From the human T2T-CHM13v2.0 reference genome, Homo sapiens, in the NCBI RefSeq assembly GCF_009914755.1, contig NC_060926.1: a stretch of 64,000 bases of DNA. One strand, written 5' to 3'. Positions 45,633 through 63,145 of the stretch are shown in pieces. The notes beneath the pieces are model-generated. The model was given only the letters and a program-made list of their open reading frames with translations. It was not told the DNA's origin and did no database searches. The position numbers were made by a program, and so were the translations under genes. Each line of letters starts with the position of its first letter. The stretch's first letter is position 1.

Positions 45633-47765
45633 GTAAGAAAAAGAGACAGTGGAACAGTAAGTTTTGGGGAAGACATTTATCAACAAAGACACCATGTGAA
45701 GAACACCAGAAAATGGGGCCTCTTTCTTAGTGAAGTGAATGGCAATGGATAGAAGAGTTTGTCCATAAAGACAAATTCTAGCTGAAAGTTCATAAAATCC
45801 TGGAATTTAACAGTTGAGAGGGACCTTAGAAATTATCTAGTGTCTGCCCTTTCCAGTTAAAGCTTTCATTTTTCAGGTAGGGAAGCCCAGACATGGAGAT
45901 GAGACTCCACAGAACGTTTATGACAGAGATAGGACTTGAACAGAGCAATTTAGATGTATTTGGTGGTCTGGTTTCAGAATTACTGGTTGTCACTCATGCA
46001 GTCTTAATGGAACCATTTTATGAGAAGTTTTTATTTTCCCTATGAGATTGCATCAGATGACTTTACTACATGAATTCTTAATTATTAGGTCTTTTTCTAG
46101 TGAATATCTCTTTCAGGTGTTAACATTTTTTAAGTTGTGGAAACTTGATTCAGTCGTGGGTATAATACTGAATATTTTCTCTTTTGATAATTTTTTCCCT
46201 TAATTCTCTTTGTTGTCTCCATTTTATTTTTTGATTCATACTGTAAGCCATTCACATCTTTCTCATGTTATACCTCTGATTTTTGTCGTATTACCTTAAA
46301 CACCAGAGATATTTGCCAGTATCTTGGAATGTCAGCAGGTGCATTTGGTATGGCTGGGTATCCATTAAATCTAGAGTTTGTATGCTTTGTTTTTGTGTAT
46401 ATGTCACAATAATTTAGAACTAAAGCCTAAACTCCAGTTATAGCAAATGTTGATATGAACTCTTGAGAGATTAGGTACTTGTAACATTTTAATCAAACCA
46501 TTAAGAATTACTAGTTTTTAGTAAATCTCTTTGTCATTGACAAGATTAAGAATCACAGTATTAGGAGTTTGAGCTGTAACTATTTTCTTTTCACATAAAT
46601 GTCTTCACTTATACTCTGTTGGTAAGTAGCATAATAGATGTTTGATAAGTATTGGAATTTCACACAAAATTTAACTTTAAAAAAAGTTTAATTCAAGTGT
46701 ACCTAATGAATGATTGTTTTAAATTTCCATTTGTACAATTTATCAGGTGTGTGATATGTGCAGTGTTTCTGTTTCTTAGCATACTGTTTTGATTTTGTGG
46801 ACTGAGTTTGTAAAATGTCTCATGATACAATGGGTTTTTGTACATTGCCTCATTTAATCCACTCAGCTGTCATCAAATAAATATTTTAATTGTGTGACAG
46901 CTGAGGGAACAGGCCCAGAAAAGTTAATTGAACATATTTTGAGTACAGCCAGCCAAACTTGTGTTCGAATTCTGATTTATAGTTACTTGCAGGTTGACCA
47001 TAAGAAAGCCTTTTGAATTTTGTTCTTTTAATGAATGGGGTAAGAATGATAGGGGGATGTTCAAACATTTATTGTGATAAAGTTGTTCACAAGATGCTAT
47101 TGAGATATTTATAGATATTATAACTTCACTTAAGAACTGATGAATGGAAACTCAAATTATGTTTTGACTGAGCCTAATCATGTTGACCTGACTTCTCTGA
47201 GCCTTCATGTTGTCCCTCTCTATAGAATGTGAACAATATTCTCTTGCTGGCAGGTTTGTTGTAAAATTAGATGATGCACATTTACCCTGTATGGTCTTTG
47301 CGTTACAGCATATGCTCAGTAAATCAGACCTATTATTTTCCTTTCATGATTGTACCTCTGAGTTGGTTCTATCATTAGAGTTAAGGGCCTTTTTTTGCTT
47401 ATTTTATTTAGAGTATGCAAGTTTTGTAAAAGTTGAAGTTCTACATAGGATATAAAATAATATAAAATGTACAACGTATGTGCAGATGATATAAGATAAT
47501 TCTAGTATTAAGTAACAAAAATTTATTAGAAAGGTAAAACGACAGTGTCCACAAATGTTTATTTCAAGGTAATACATTTTTTCCATTATAAGTCATTTTG
47601 AATTTATCACGTTGGTCACCTTTATTAGATTATTATTGAATTGACCAAATCACAAGCATTAACTGCATATGTTTCTATTGAAGCTGAAATATAAACAATA
47701 CTTCGACAGATGCACTACGCTTAAGAATTTCCAGTGTTTTATACCATCAAAGTTAATATTATTTA

Positions 47766-48417
<652 letters not shown>

Positions 48418-48480
48418 GAGGTACCCTTATTGCATAATAGTTCTATGTGAAATTCGGAAAGTTTTATCAGTATATTTCTC

Positions 48481-48782
48481 TTTTTGTTTGTTGGTTTGTT
48501 TTAGACAGATTCTCACTCTGTCACCCAGACTGGAGTGCAGTGGCTTAATCTTTGCTCACTGCAGCCTCTACCTCCCGGATTCAAGCGATTCTCATGACTC
48601 AGCCTCCTGAGTAGCTGGGATTACAGGTGCGTGCCACCATACCCGGCTAATTTTTGTATTTTTAGTAGAGATGGGGTTTTGCCATGTTGACCAGACTGGT
48701 CTTGAACTCCTGGCCTCAAATGATCTGCCTGCCTCGGCCTCCCAAAGTGCTGGGATTACAGGTGTGAGCGACTGCACTTGGA
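48481..48782 (-). mobile_element. Alu (AluS-like)
   Basis: Antisense Alu dimer. Confidence 0.92.
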
Positions 48783-49061
48783 TCATTCTTAAAATGATGT
48801 TTAAATAATCATTTTTTCTGGATTTATAAAACTTTGGGGCTTTAGTTTTTTTTTTTTTTTACTTTAAGTTCTAGAGTACATGTGCATAACATGCAGGTTT
48901 GTTACATATGTATACATGTACCATGTTGGTGTGCTGTACCCATTAACTCGTCATTTACATTAGGTATGTCTCCTAATGGTATCCCTCCCCCACTCTACCC
49001 GACCCCAAGACAGGCGCCGGTGTGTGATGTTCCCCACCTTGTGTCCAAGTGTTCTCATTGT

Positions 49062-53147
<4,086 letters not shown>

Positions 53148-53210
53148 TATGATGTTAGCTGGTTATTTTGCTCATTAGTTGATGCAGTTTCTTCCTAGCA
53201 TCGATGGTCT

Positions 53211-54236
53211 TTACAGTTTGGCATGTTTTTGCAGTGACTGGTACCGGTTGTTCTTTCTATGTTTAGTACTTCCTTCAGGAGCTCTTGTAAGGCAGGCCTG
53301 GTGGTGACAGAATCTCTCAGCATTTGCTTGTCTGTAAAGGATTTTATTTCTCCTTCACTTATGAAGCTTAGTTTGGCTGGATATGAAATTCTGGGTTGAA
53401 AATTCTTTTTTTTAAGAATGTTGAATATTGGCCACCACTCTTTTCTGGCTTGTAGAGTTTCTGCTGAGAGATACCCTGTTAGTCTAATGGGCTTCCTTTT
53501 GTGGGTAGCCCGACCTTTCTCTCTGGCTGCCCTTAACATTTTTTCCTTCATTTCAAGCTTGGTGAATCTGACAATTATGTATCTTGGCGTTGCTGTTCTC
53601 AGGGATTATCTTTGTGGTGTTCTCTGTATTTCCTGAATTTGAAGGTTGGCTTGCCTTGCTATATTGGGGAAGTTCTCCTGGATAATATCCTGCAGAGTGT
53701 TTTCCAACTTGGTTCCATTCTCCCCGTCACTTTCAGGTATACCAATCAGACGTAGATTTGGTCTTTTCACATAGTCCCGTAGTTCTTGGAGGCTTTGTTT
53801 GTTTCTTTTTACTCTTTTTTCTCTAAACGTCTCTTCTCACTTTATTTCATTCATTTGATGTTCAGTCACTGGTACCCTTTCTTCCACTTGATTGAATCAG
53901 CTACTGAAGCTTGTGTATGCTTCACATAGTTCTCGTGCCATGGTTTTCAGCTCCATCAGGTCATTTAAGATCTTCCCTACGCTGTTTATTTTGGTTTGCC
54001 ATTCGTCTAATCTTTCTTCAAGGTTTTTAGCTTCCTTGCGATAGGTTTGAACATCCTCCTTTAGCTCGGAGAAGTTTGTTATTACCGATCTTCTCAAGCC
54101 TACTTCTGTCAGTTCGTCTAAAGTCATTCTCTGTCCAGCTTTGTTCCATTGCTGGCGAGGAGCTGCAGTCCTTTGGAGGAGAAGAGGCACTCTGGTTTTT
54201 AGAATTTTCAGCCTTTCTGCTCTGGTTTCTCCCCAT
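53211..54236 (-). pseudogene. L1 ORF1 remnant (frameshifted)
   Basis: Fragments MGRNQSRKAENSK..., ...NFSELKEDVQT... and MKEKMLRAAREKG...NFQPRISYPAKLSFISEGEIKSF lie in separate ORFs. Confidence 0.9.
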
Positions 54237-54836
54237 CTTTGTGGTTTTATCTACCTTTGGTCTTTGATGATGGTGACCTACAGATGGGGTTTTGGTGTGG
54301 GTGTCCTTTTTTTTGATGTTGATGCTACTCCTTTCTTTTTGTTACTTTTCCTTCAAACAGTCAGGACCCTCAGCTGCAGGTCTGTTGGAGTTTGCTGGTG
54401 GTCCACTCCAGACCCTGTTTGCCTGGGTATCACCAGCGGAGGCTGCAGAACAGCAAATATTGCAAAACAGCAAATGTTGCTGCCTGATCCTTCCTCTGGA
54501 AGCTTCGTCTCAGAGGGGCACCTGGCTGTATGAGGTGTCAATCGGCCCCTACTGGGAGGTGTCTCCCAGTTAGGCTACTGCGGGGGTCAGGGACCCACTT
54601 GAGGAGGCAGTCTGGCCATTCTCAGATCTCAGACTCCATGCTGGGAGAACCATTGCTCTCTACAAAGCTGTCAGACAGAGACGTTTAAGTCTCCAGAAGT
54701 TTCTGCTGCCTTTTTTCAGCTATGCCCTGCCCCCAGTGGTGGAGTTTATAGAGGCAGGCAGGCCTTGTTGAGCTGCAGTGGGTTCCACCTAGTTCAAGCT
54801 TCCTGGCCACTTTGTTTACCAAGTCAAGCCTCAGTA

Positions 54837-55099
54837 ATGGCGGGCGCCCCTCCCCCAGCCTTGCTGCCGCCTCGCAGTTCAATCAAGACTGCTGTGCTAG
54901 CAGTGAGCAAGGCTCCATGGGTGTGGGACCTGCTGAGCCAGGCGCGGGATATAATCTTCTGGTGTGCCGTTTGCTAAGACCTTTGGCAAAGTGCAGTATT
55001 AGGGCGGGAGTGTCCCGATTTTCCAGGTACCGTCTGTCACAGCTTCTGTTGGCTAGGAAAGGGAATTCCCTGACCCCTTGCACTTCCCGGGTGAGGTGA
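54837..55099 (+). pseudogene. L1 ORF0-like antisense ORF remnant in the L1 5'UTR (frameshifted)
   Basis: ATG 54837 gives MAGAPPPALLPPRSSI; the ORF0-like sequence continues in another frame as DCCASSEQGSMGVGPAEPGAGYNLLV... Confidence 0.75.
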
Positions 55100-56149
55100 T
55101 GCCCCGCCTTGCTTCGGCCCACACTCCGTGGGCTACACCCACTGTCCAACCAGTCCCAGTGAGATGAACCCAGTACCTCAGTTGGAAATGCAGAAATCAC
55201 CCTTCTTCTGCGTCACTCACGCTGGGAGCTGTAGACTGGAGCTGTTCCTATTCTGCCATCTTGGAACTCCCTTCTGGGGCTGTAGCTTTTTAAAAAACTG
55301 TAATATTACATAGTAACTCTCATTAGGAGATTAGCCTATTGTGGCCTAATTTTCAGATTCTATGATATTTAGTGTTTTTCCCCCCTCAGAGCCCTTAAAT
55401 CTAATTAATAGAGGTTAAAATAATTTTTAAATAGTAGGAAATTTTTATAACTCTTAGGTCTCTCCTTTGTCACTGAATGGATAGTCATTATTTCCTACCA
55501 TTTATTTTAATGAATGAATGGTTTCAAAGATTTTTTTTCCCTAAGGAAAGGTACTTACCAAAATGCAGAGCTTATTGGATGGCATCTGGCCCTCAGATCT
55601 TTGTTTATTACCTAGGTGGAAACCAATTTGCTAAGATTAATGAATTTGCCTTAAAGGTTCAAAATTCAGTAATGGCTGATCTGATATTAATACCCAGAAT
55701 GCTTCTGAACCAACACTGTTTTTGTTCCAGTACAGTTGCCTCCATATTTATACTTCAGTTTCACATTGATGAAACATACACAAATTAACATTATGCACTA
55801 TTCCTTATATCTAAATACTTAGTAGGCTCACTTCACTTGCCTAGCATACTCAGGAAGTGAGGATTAATACAAAAAAGGGTTGGAGGTAGCTGAGCAAAAG
55901 CAAAGAAAAAACCCTAAGTAGAAAGTTACCTTGGGCTGTGAAGGATATATTTTGTTTATAGAATTGCTGCTGATTTGCTCTCCTTGTGCTCTTTCCCTCT
56001 CAATTTACTCTTAATATTTGGACATCTCTAATATTTAATAATCTACAATTGGTATTTTAAAAAGGAGCCAGAAATGAAAATTGTTGCCAATGTGGTAATC
56101 AAAACAAGAAAGACAGGAAAGTTGTAAAAATTAACACAACAGAAAAATT

Positions 56150-57015
56150 AAGCTTAATAGCAGTCTGGAGAAAATATTTGCAAATCCTACATCTGATAAG
56201 GGACTTGTATTCAGAATGTGCAAAGAACTCGTAACGACTAAATAATAAAAAGACACCCCAATTAAAAAGTGAGCAAAATATTTGAATAGACATTTCTCTA
56301 AGAAGGTATACAGATGGCCAATAAAAGAAAAGACAGTGATGAACAATGTAAGGAGGTAGAGAAAATAGAAACCTCGTATATTGCTTGTGGGAATATAAAA
56401 TGGTACAACCCCTTGGAAAACATTTTGGCAGTTCCTCAAAATGGTCATCATGGAGTTACCATATAACCTAACAGAGTGCCACTATTAGGAATATACCAAA
56501 GAGGAATGAAAACATAGATCTGCACAAAAATTTGTACACAAATGTTCATACCATCAGTATTTATCATCGCTAAGAAGTAGAAACAACCCAAGTGCCCGTC
56601 AACTGATGAAACCAAATGTCGAATAGTCATACAATGACAAATTACTTGATAATAAAAAGTGATGAAGCATTGATACATGCTACAACATGGATGAACCTTG
56701 AAAACATTCTGCTGAGCAGAAGAAACTCGTCACAAAAGGCCACATATTTGTGGTGGCCATTTGTATGAAATGTCCAGAATTGGAAAGAAAAAGTAGATCA
56801 ATGATTGCCAGGGGGTAGGGTTTTAGTAGTGGTGGGGCAGCATGGAAGTGACAGCTGATAGGTATCACATTTCTTTTGAGGGGGATGAAAATATTCTAAA
56901 ATTAGATTCTGATGGTGGTTGTACATACCTGTGAATATATTTAAAGAATCATTGAATTCTGTAAGTGAATGAATTGTGTGTAGTATGTGAACTATATTTC
57001 AGAAAGCTGTAAAAA
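56150..57015 (+). mobile_element. Old L1M (L1MB-like) 3' fragment
   Basis: gagaaaatatttgcaaat...aatagacatttctc...tacaacatggatgaaccttgaaaacatt. Confidence 0.8.
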
Positions 57016-57302
57016 GTCTAAAAAAAGTTTAGAGCAGTTCAGGACCAGAGCTTGGGGGGCATCTTTGTTGCAGACTGAGGTATAGTGATTAATATTGGTT
57101 AACAGTCACTGTTGGCTAAAAGTCAGTTTTTGCCAGTGCGTTTTGTGAAACATGTCTCCTGTAATGTTGTTAGCAAAATTCTGTGGAAAAGTGTTCTATG
57201 TCTAAATACATATGAGAAATGCTGGAATAAACACAGTTTAATCAATGTCATTAATGCAAGACTGCTCTGAGCCTGTAAAGTGCTTTAAGATAAAGTAGAT
57301 AA

Positions 57303-57648
<346 letters not shown>

Positions 57649-58706
57649 TCAGTTAACCTTTTTTTTTTTTGTATTTGGAACACAGTGACACTTTTTTAAG
57701 TTAGCAAGAAAGTTACATTCATTGAGTATTTATTGCAAAGCACTCTAATTCGTTGTTACATTTATTCTTCACAGCAGCTTTGTGAAGTATAGATACTATT
57801 GTCTCTATCCCTCCACCTCATTTGCAAATGAGGAAACTGAAGCTTATAAAATAAAGTAACATCATGCAGCCAGAAAATGACAGAACCACAACTCAGAACC
57901 ATTCAATTTTTTAATCATTCTTATGCCAATTTAAAAAGTATTCTAATTTTAAATCCATGGAAATATATTTTAGACACAATCTTCAGATTGTTAAACCGAA
58001 CAAACAAAAGGTACTAGTATTTAACAATTTAAGTTTACTTTCTATTAACTTTATATGTAACCTGTCTGTCCTCAAACATGCCAGGTGAGTAAGATCTGTA
58101 CAAGATGCCTTTTTCTTTTTTCTCTCTTCTTTTCAGCCATTGTATTTTAACCTGTAAATACCGCTTACCTTTCTCTTGAACTAGAATATTTAATAATTTT
58201 TCCCTTGTAATACTTAATTAGTTCATTTGAGTTATTTGTGTATTTCTAGTTAATGTGCTGATTTGTAAATAAAACAATCTAGCATTGTTCATGCACTCTC
58301 TCCCAAGACTTGGTTTTGATCCTAAATGTAGATGCTGGATAATCTCATATGATCCTATGAATAGCGTATTTAGATGTAGCTTATGATGCCTACAAAGCAT
58401 TTTTTAATGACTGTAAAAAAGTTGATGCCTATTTGTTTAAAAAATTGATTTCATCACTGTTTCTTAATTTGTTATTTATTATTCTAATCTCCCCTTTATT
58501 TTAAACAGTATAAATATTACAGGTCATGAAGATGGTTGAAATTAAAAGTCTTATTTTGTGAATGTGTTTTTGTTATGTATTATGCTACCCCCTTAGCAAC
58601 AGTACACTCGAATTTTATAACTTTTTAATGAAACAAGTATACTTTTATTTTAACAATAGTTATCTATAAATTAATTGACGTTGGTCTCTTTATGGCTTTC
58701 CATAAG

Positions 58707-58754
58707 GCCTTTCTGGAGCAATGCATTCTCAAGTGTTTCCTCACGCTCATTTTG
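58707..58754 (+). CDS. AGFG1: AGFG1 alternative 48-nt cassette exon (in frame)
   Basis: ctttccataag|GC CTT TCT GGA GCA ATG...CAT TTT G|gtaggt. Phase 1-1 with no stop; encodes GLSGAMHSQVFPHAHF. A TGCATG lies downstream at 58838. Confidence 0.8.
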
Positions 58755-59969
58755 GTAGGTGGCCACAATTAATATCTAGATTTGTGTGGCAATTTGTCTA
58801 CCTGCTTGTGGAAGCTTCTGCTAGTGTTCTGGATCCCTGCATGTGGAATTAAGTTTTTTTCCATGTTTTAAAATGGAGTGGGCATGGATGTGTGGCATTG
58901 GGATTACATTGTATTTAAAATTACATGGAAATGTTTTTAGTGATTTATGTGTAAATGCTGAAAAGCATTACTGCTTACCTACATGGTCATATTAGAATGT
59001 TAATAGCCATTTTGATTCTTTTTCTTGAGTTTGAATTCATGGTACTTTGAGTGACGCCTTTTTGATATACCAAACCATTTTACTGCATTATTCCATGGAG
59101 TTTGGTTTTGCTTAACTGTATTCAAGTTTTGCTTTTAAGTGCTCTCTTAAAGTGATTTGTCAAAGTTACGTCGGTGCATTGTCGTCTGTTATGAAGCCCT
59201 CCTGTTACCCTTGCAGTGTGCTTATTATTCTTTAATTCACCTGCTTCCCAATGGCCTGTTTTTCCTTTTTTTCGCATCAGTAATAAAAAAGTAATTTTTT
59301 AATATTCTAATTAGGTTCATTGAGCAGAATTGCATTGTTACAAACATACGACTACAGGGATTACTTTGGGCAACATCTATTACTTGTTTTTCAGCTTTTT
59401 AAAAATAAAAGACATTCCGTGTAATATTTTTTAGTATTTAATTTCTGTGCCTTAAATCAATGAACAAATTGGTAAATTTGTTAAAATCAGGAAATTTAGT
59501 GAATTTTCATGGTATTTTGATTGCATCATGCTAAGAATATTTCATTATGTAATTACTAATAGTCTATATTCAAAGCAACATTATTGGCTCTTATTTTACT
59601 GAGACCCTTCCTAAAACACATAGTTGGAGGTTTTGTTTTTAATATTCACTAGTAATAAATAACATACTGTAAGTGAATAGTAAAGAGGGAAATGATGGCA
59701 GCATTCCACATATGTAGCAGTTGTTCACACACATTTCTCCCGATGTGGTAATACTCTGTCCACCAAGTAATACCAGCGAGGCATGGCAAGCCAAGGAAGA
59801 ATACAGTAGCATTGAACACTTTGGCCATTTATTCTGCATTCTTCTAGGAATGCTTATTTCACTTCTAATCTTTATGGATTTCACACTAATTTCGATAGCT
59901 CAGTTGCCCTAACCTTCCTTCAGTCTCGCAAAGCTGTCTTCATTTACCTTCCATAAGAGGGTGGGAGTC

Positions 59970-59985
59970 GTGTGTGTGTGTGTGT
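59970..59985. repeat. (TG)n microsatellite
   Basis: gtgtgtgtgtgtgtgt. Confidence 0.75.
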
Positions 59986-60606
59986 ATGGAATTGATTTAA
60001 TAGGAAAATATCCTTTTAATTGTGTTAGTGTTGTTAAGAGAATCTCTCTTCTCTGGCTGTAGTTACAAAGCTGCATAGGTTCTGAGTGGTCTGCCTGTAA
60101 CTAACTATTTGTCCTATAAGTCCTGTTCTTTTTAGCGAACTATTCTTCAGCGGTTTAAAATTTTTTTTTGCAGGAACACATATTATGTTATGACAGATAC
60201 TTCAGGAGATAAAATTTTGGCTGTTATTTTACTGCATATAACAAAACAAAACTAAAAACAAAAATGTATACTAGTATACATATTAATTGCATGATCTTTA
60301 AAACACAAGACTACTGTTTAGACTTGAATTTATAATTTGAGAAATTGTCTTGGGATTTCAAACAACAGCTTTAGTAGTTAGTTTCATTCTGGTCATTGTG
60401 TTTTAGAAGAATAAAATTTCTACAAGTTATGTTAAACTGTGTAGCACTAAAACTCATTAACTTTGTTGGAATTTTGGAATTAACCCTGCCTTTAATGTAC
60501 ATCTTAGTATTTTTCAAGGTAAATGATGTCTTTTTACATTTACAATGTTGTGAGAAACTAAACATATCCTGTTGTATGTAACTGATCAGCCCTTCTCTTC
60601 TGTCAG

Positions 60607-60765
60607 CGGCAACCTTTGGCACTGCATCCATGAGCATGCCCACGGGATTCGGCACTCCTGCTCCCTACAGTCTTCCCACCAGCTTTAGTGGCAGCTTTCA
60701 GCAGCCTGCCTTTCCAGCCCAAGCAGCTTTCCCTCAACAGACAGCTTTTTCTCAACAGCCCAATG
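60607..60765 (+). CDS. AGFG1: AGFG1 exon 11 (159 nt)
   Basis: cttctcttctgtcag|CG GCA ACC TTT GGC...CCC AAT G|gtaaga; encodes AATFGTASMSMPTGFGTPAPYSLPTSFSGSFQQPAFPAQAAFPQQTAFSQQPN. Confidence 0.96.
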
Positions 60766-61348
60766 GTAAGATCTAACATTTGGCGAGCTGTAAGTTCATT
60801 TTATGTATCCTTTTTATATCATAATGTTGTGTGCTTGGGCAGGAAGACTTTTCTAAAGAATACTATAGTATTATCTACTGAGTGTTTACACAAAAATAAA
60901 AGCCTTTGGTGATTTGGACCTCAGAAAGCTAAGTGATTTTACAAGTTTTTGTGAGCAGGTTACAATTTATGGGAAATCAGTGACTATGTAAAGAGCATCC
61001 CGTCATTCTCAGAATTTCTATTGCCTTTTTCTGATTATTTCGTCTTACATGTTCTAATATACCTCTTGATTTTAAAAGGAGAATTTATAGACCTAGAATG
61101 TTGGGATTTTTTTTTCCTTTCAGGACAGAAATGTGTACCTTTTTGTGTGTGAAATAGACTACTTTTCTAATTTGGTAACTATACTGTAGTTAGAGTTTGT
61201 TATTTGATTTTAGAAAGAGACAAGAAGATTAACTCGACATTTTTACGTATTTCATTTGCTTCAGTTTGAAGTGCATAGATTTGAAGATTCTTGAATCACA
61301 ACTATGTGGTTTCTTTTTTCTTTTTTTTTTTTTTTAAGTAAGTGGTTA

Positions 61349-61735
<387 letters not shown>

Positions 61736-61818
61736 TTACATAGAAATCATTGTGTTGTCTGCACAGCCTGTTCCAAATAGTCACAAGCTCGTCTAGTAAT
61801 GAAATTCTATAAATTTTA

Positions 61819-62162
<344 letters not shown>

Positions 62163-62353
62163 GGTTATTTTAAGACATGCTACAGTAAGTTTGTCTTTGG
62201 TATCTGAAAGAGCTTGAGGCCTAACAACTTAACTTTAACATTTTATTTTTGCTGCTCTGGTAGGAATGTCTCTGAAAGTTATTATGAGGCTTTATAAGCA
62301 TCAGATTGTCTCTTGAAGGTATGGGTTATAATTGGTGGTTCTATTTTAACAAG

Positions 62354-62445
62354 GTGCAGGTTTTGCAGCATTTGGACAAACAAAGCCAGTAGTAACCCCT
62401 TTTGGTCAAGTTGCAGCTGCTGGAGTATCTAGTAATCCTTTTATG
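62354..62445 (+). CDS. AGFG1: AGFG1 exon 12 (92 nt; alternative acceptor at 62360), NPF motif
   Basis: ttaacaag|GT GCA G|GT TTT GCA...CCT TTT ATG|gtaagc; encodes GAGFAAFGQTKPVVTPFGQVAAAGVSSNPFM. Confidence 0.96.
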
Positions 62446-62616
62446 GTAAGCAAAATTTAAAATTAAATACTTTATAAGTTGTTAAATCTTATTTTAAAAT
62501 TAGGAATAGCAGGATGTTAATATTCCTAGATGGTATTTGGTGTTATATTGATATGAGTGACATCATAAGATTGTACAAATTGACACAGAGCCATTATGTG
62601 TGATCCTTTTCTGACC

Positions 62617-62690
62617 TTTTAAAAAATTAGTTGCAAATCAAAGCATTGATAGTTTTTAAAAAATTAGTTGCAAATCAAAGCATTGACAGT
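62617..62690 (+). repeat. 37-bp tandem duplication
   Basis: ttttaaaaaattagttgcaaatcaaagcattgaYagt x2, one mismatch. Confidence 0.92.
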
Positions 62691-63085
62691 AGATCAGCTA
62701 TTTTATAATATGAAACTTATCTGCTTTCTTGTCAAAATAACACTTTATGAGAGGCCCTAGGAATTAGTGAACATAAAAGAGAGGTCTTAAGAGTCAGAAG
62801 TTTTGTTTGAATCACACGTGCTTTTCTAAGACCATTCTAAGATTCTTCTTAGAATCTATTACAAGAACTGTTTGAAGTACTGGATATGAAGGACGTAGCA
62901 CAGTTCATGACACATAGTAGTTTGATATAGCTTATTGCCAATAACAAATATTATTGCCAATAATTTAAAAAATAATTCTTAACCAAAAAGTCTAATTAAA
63001 AAAATTAAATTCAGTTTAATGTTTTTATATTTTGTACATGCACTACTTTTGTCTCTTTATTTATTTGTCTTATGTTTTCCTTTAG

Positions 63086-63145
63086 ACTGGTGCACCAACA
63101 GGACAATTTCCAACAGGAAGCTCATCAACCAATCCTTTCTTATAG
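63086..63145 (+). CDS. AGFG1: AGFG1 last exon, coding part (60 nt including TAG)
   Basis: ttcctttag|ACT GGT GCA...AAT CCT TTC TTA TAG; encodes TGAPTGQFPTGSSSTNPFL*. Confidence 0.97.
   Translation, partial: TGAPTGQFPTGSSSTNPFL

Noticed and set aside
45865-45882. ttttcag|gtaggg recursive-site-like motif in intron 10
   Set aside because: Very close to the upstream exon, within probable old SINE sequence, and a weak donor.
58080-58140. Strong donor (CAG|gtgagt at 58085) followed by a strong acceptor (58136)
   Set aside because: The 52-nt spacing is too short for a normal intron, and I could not define a convincing exon on either side.
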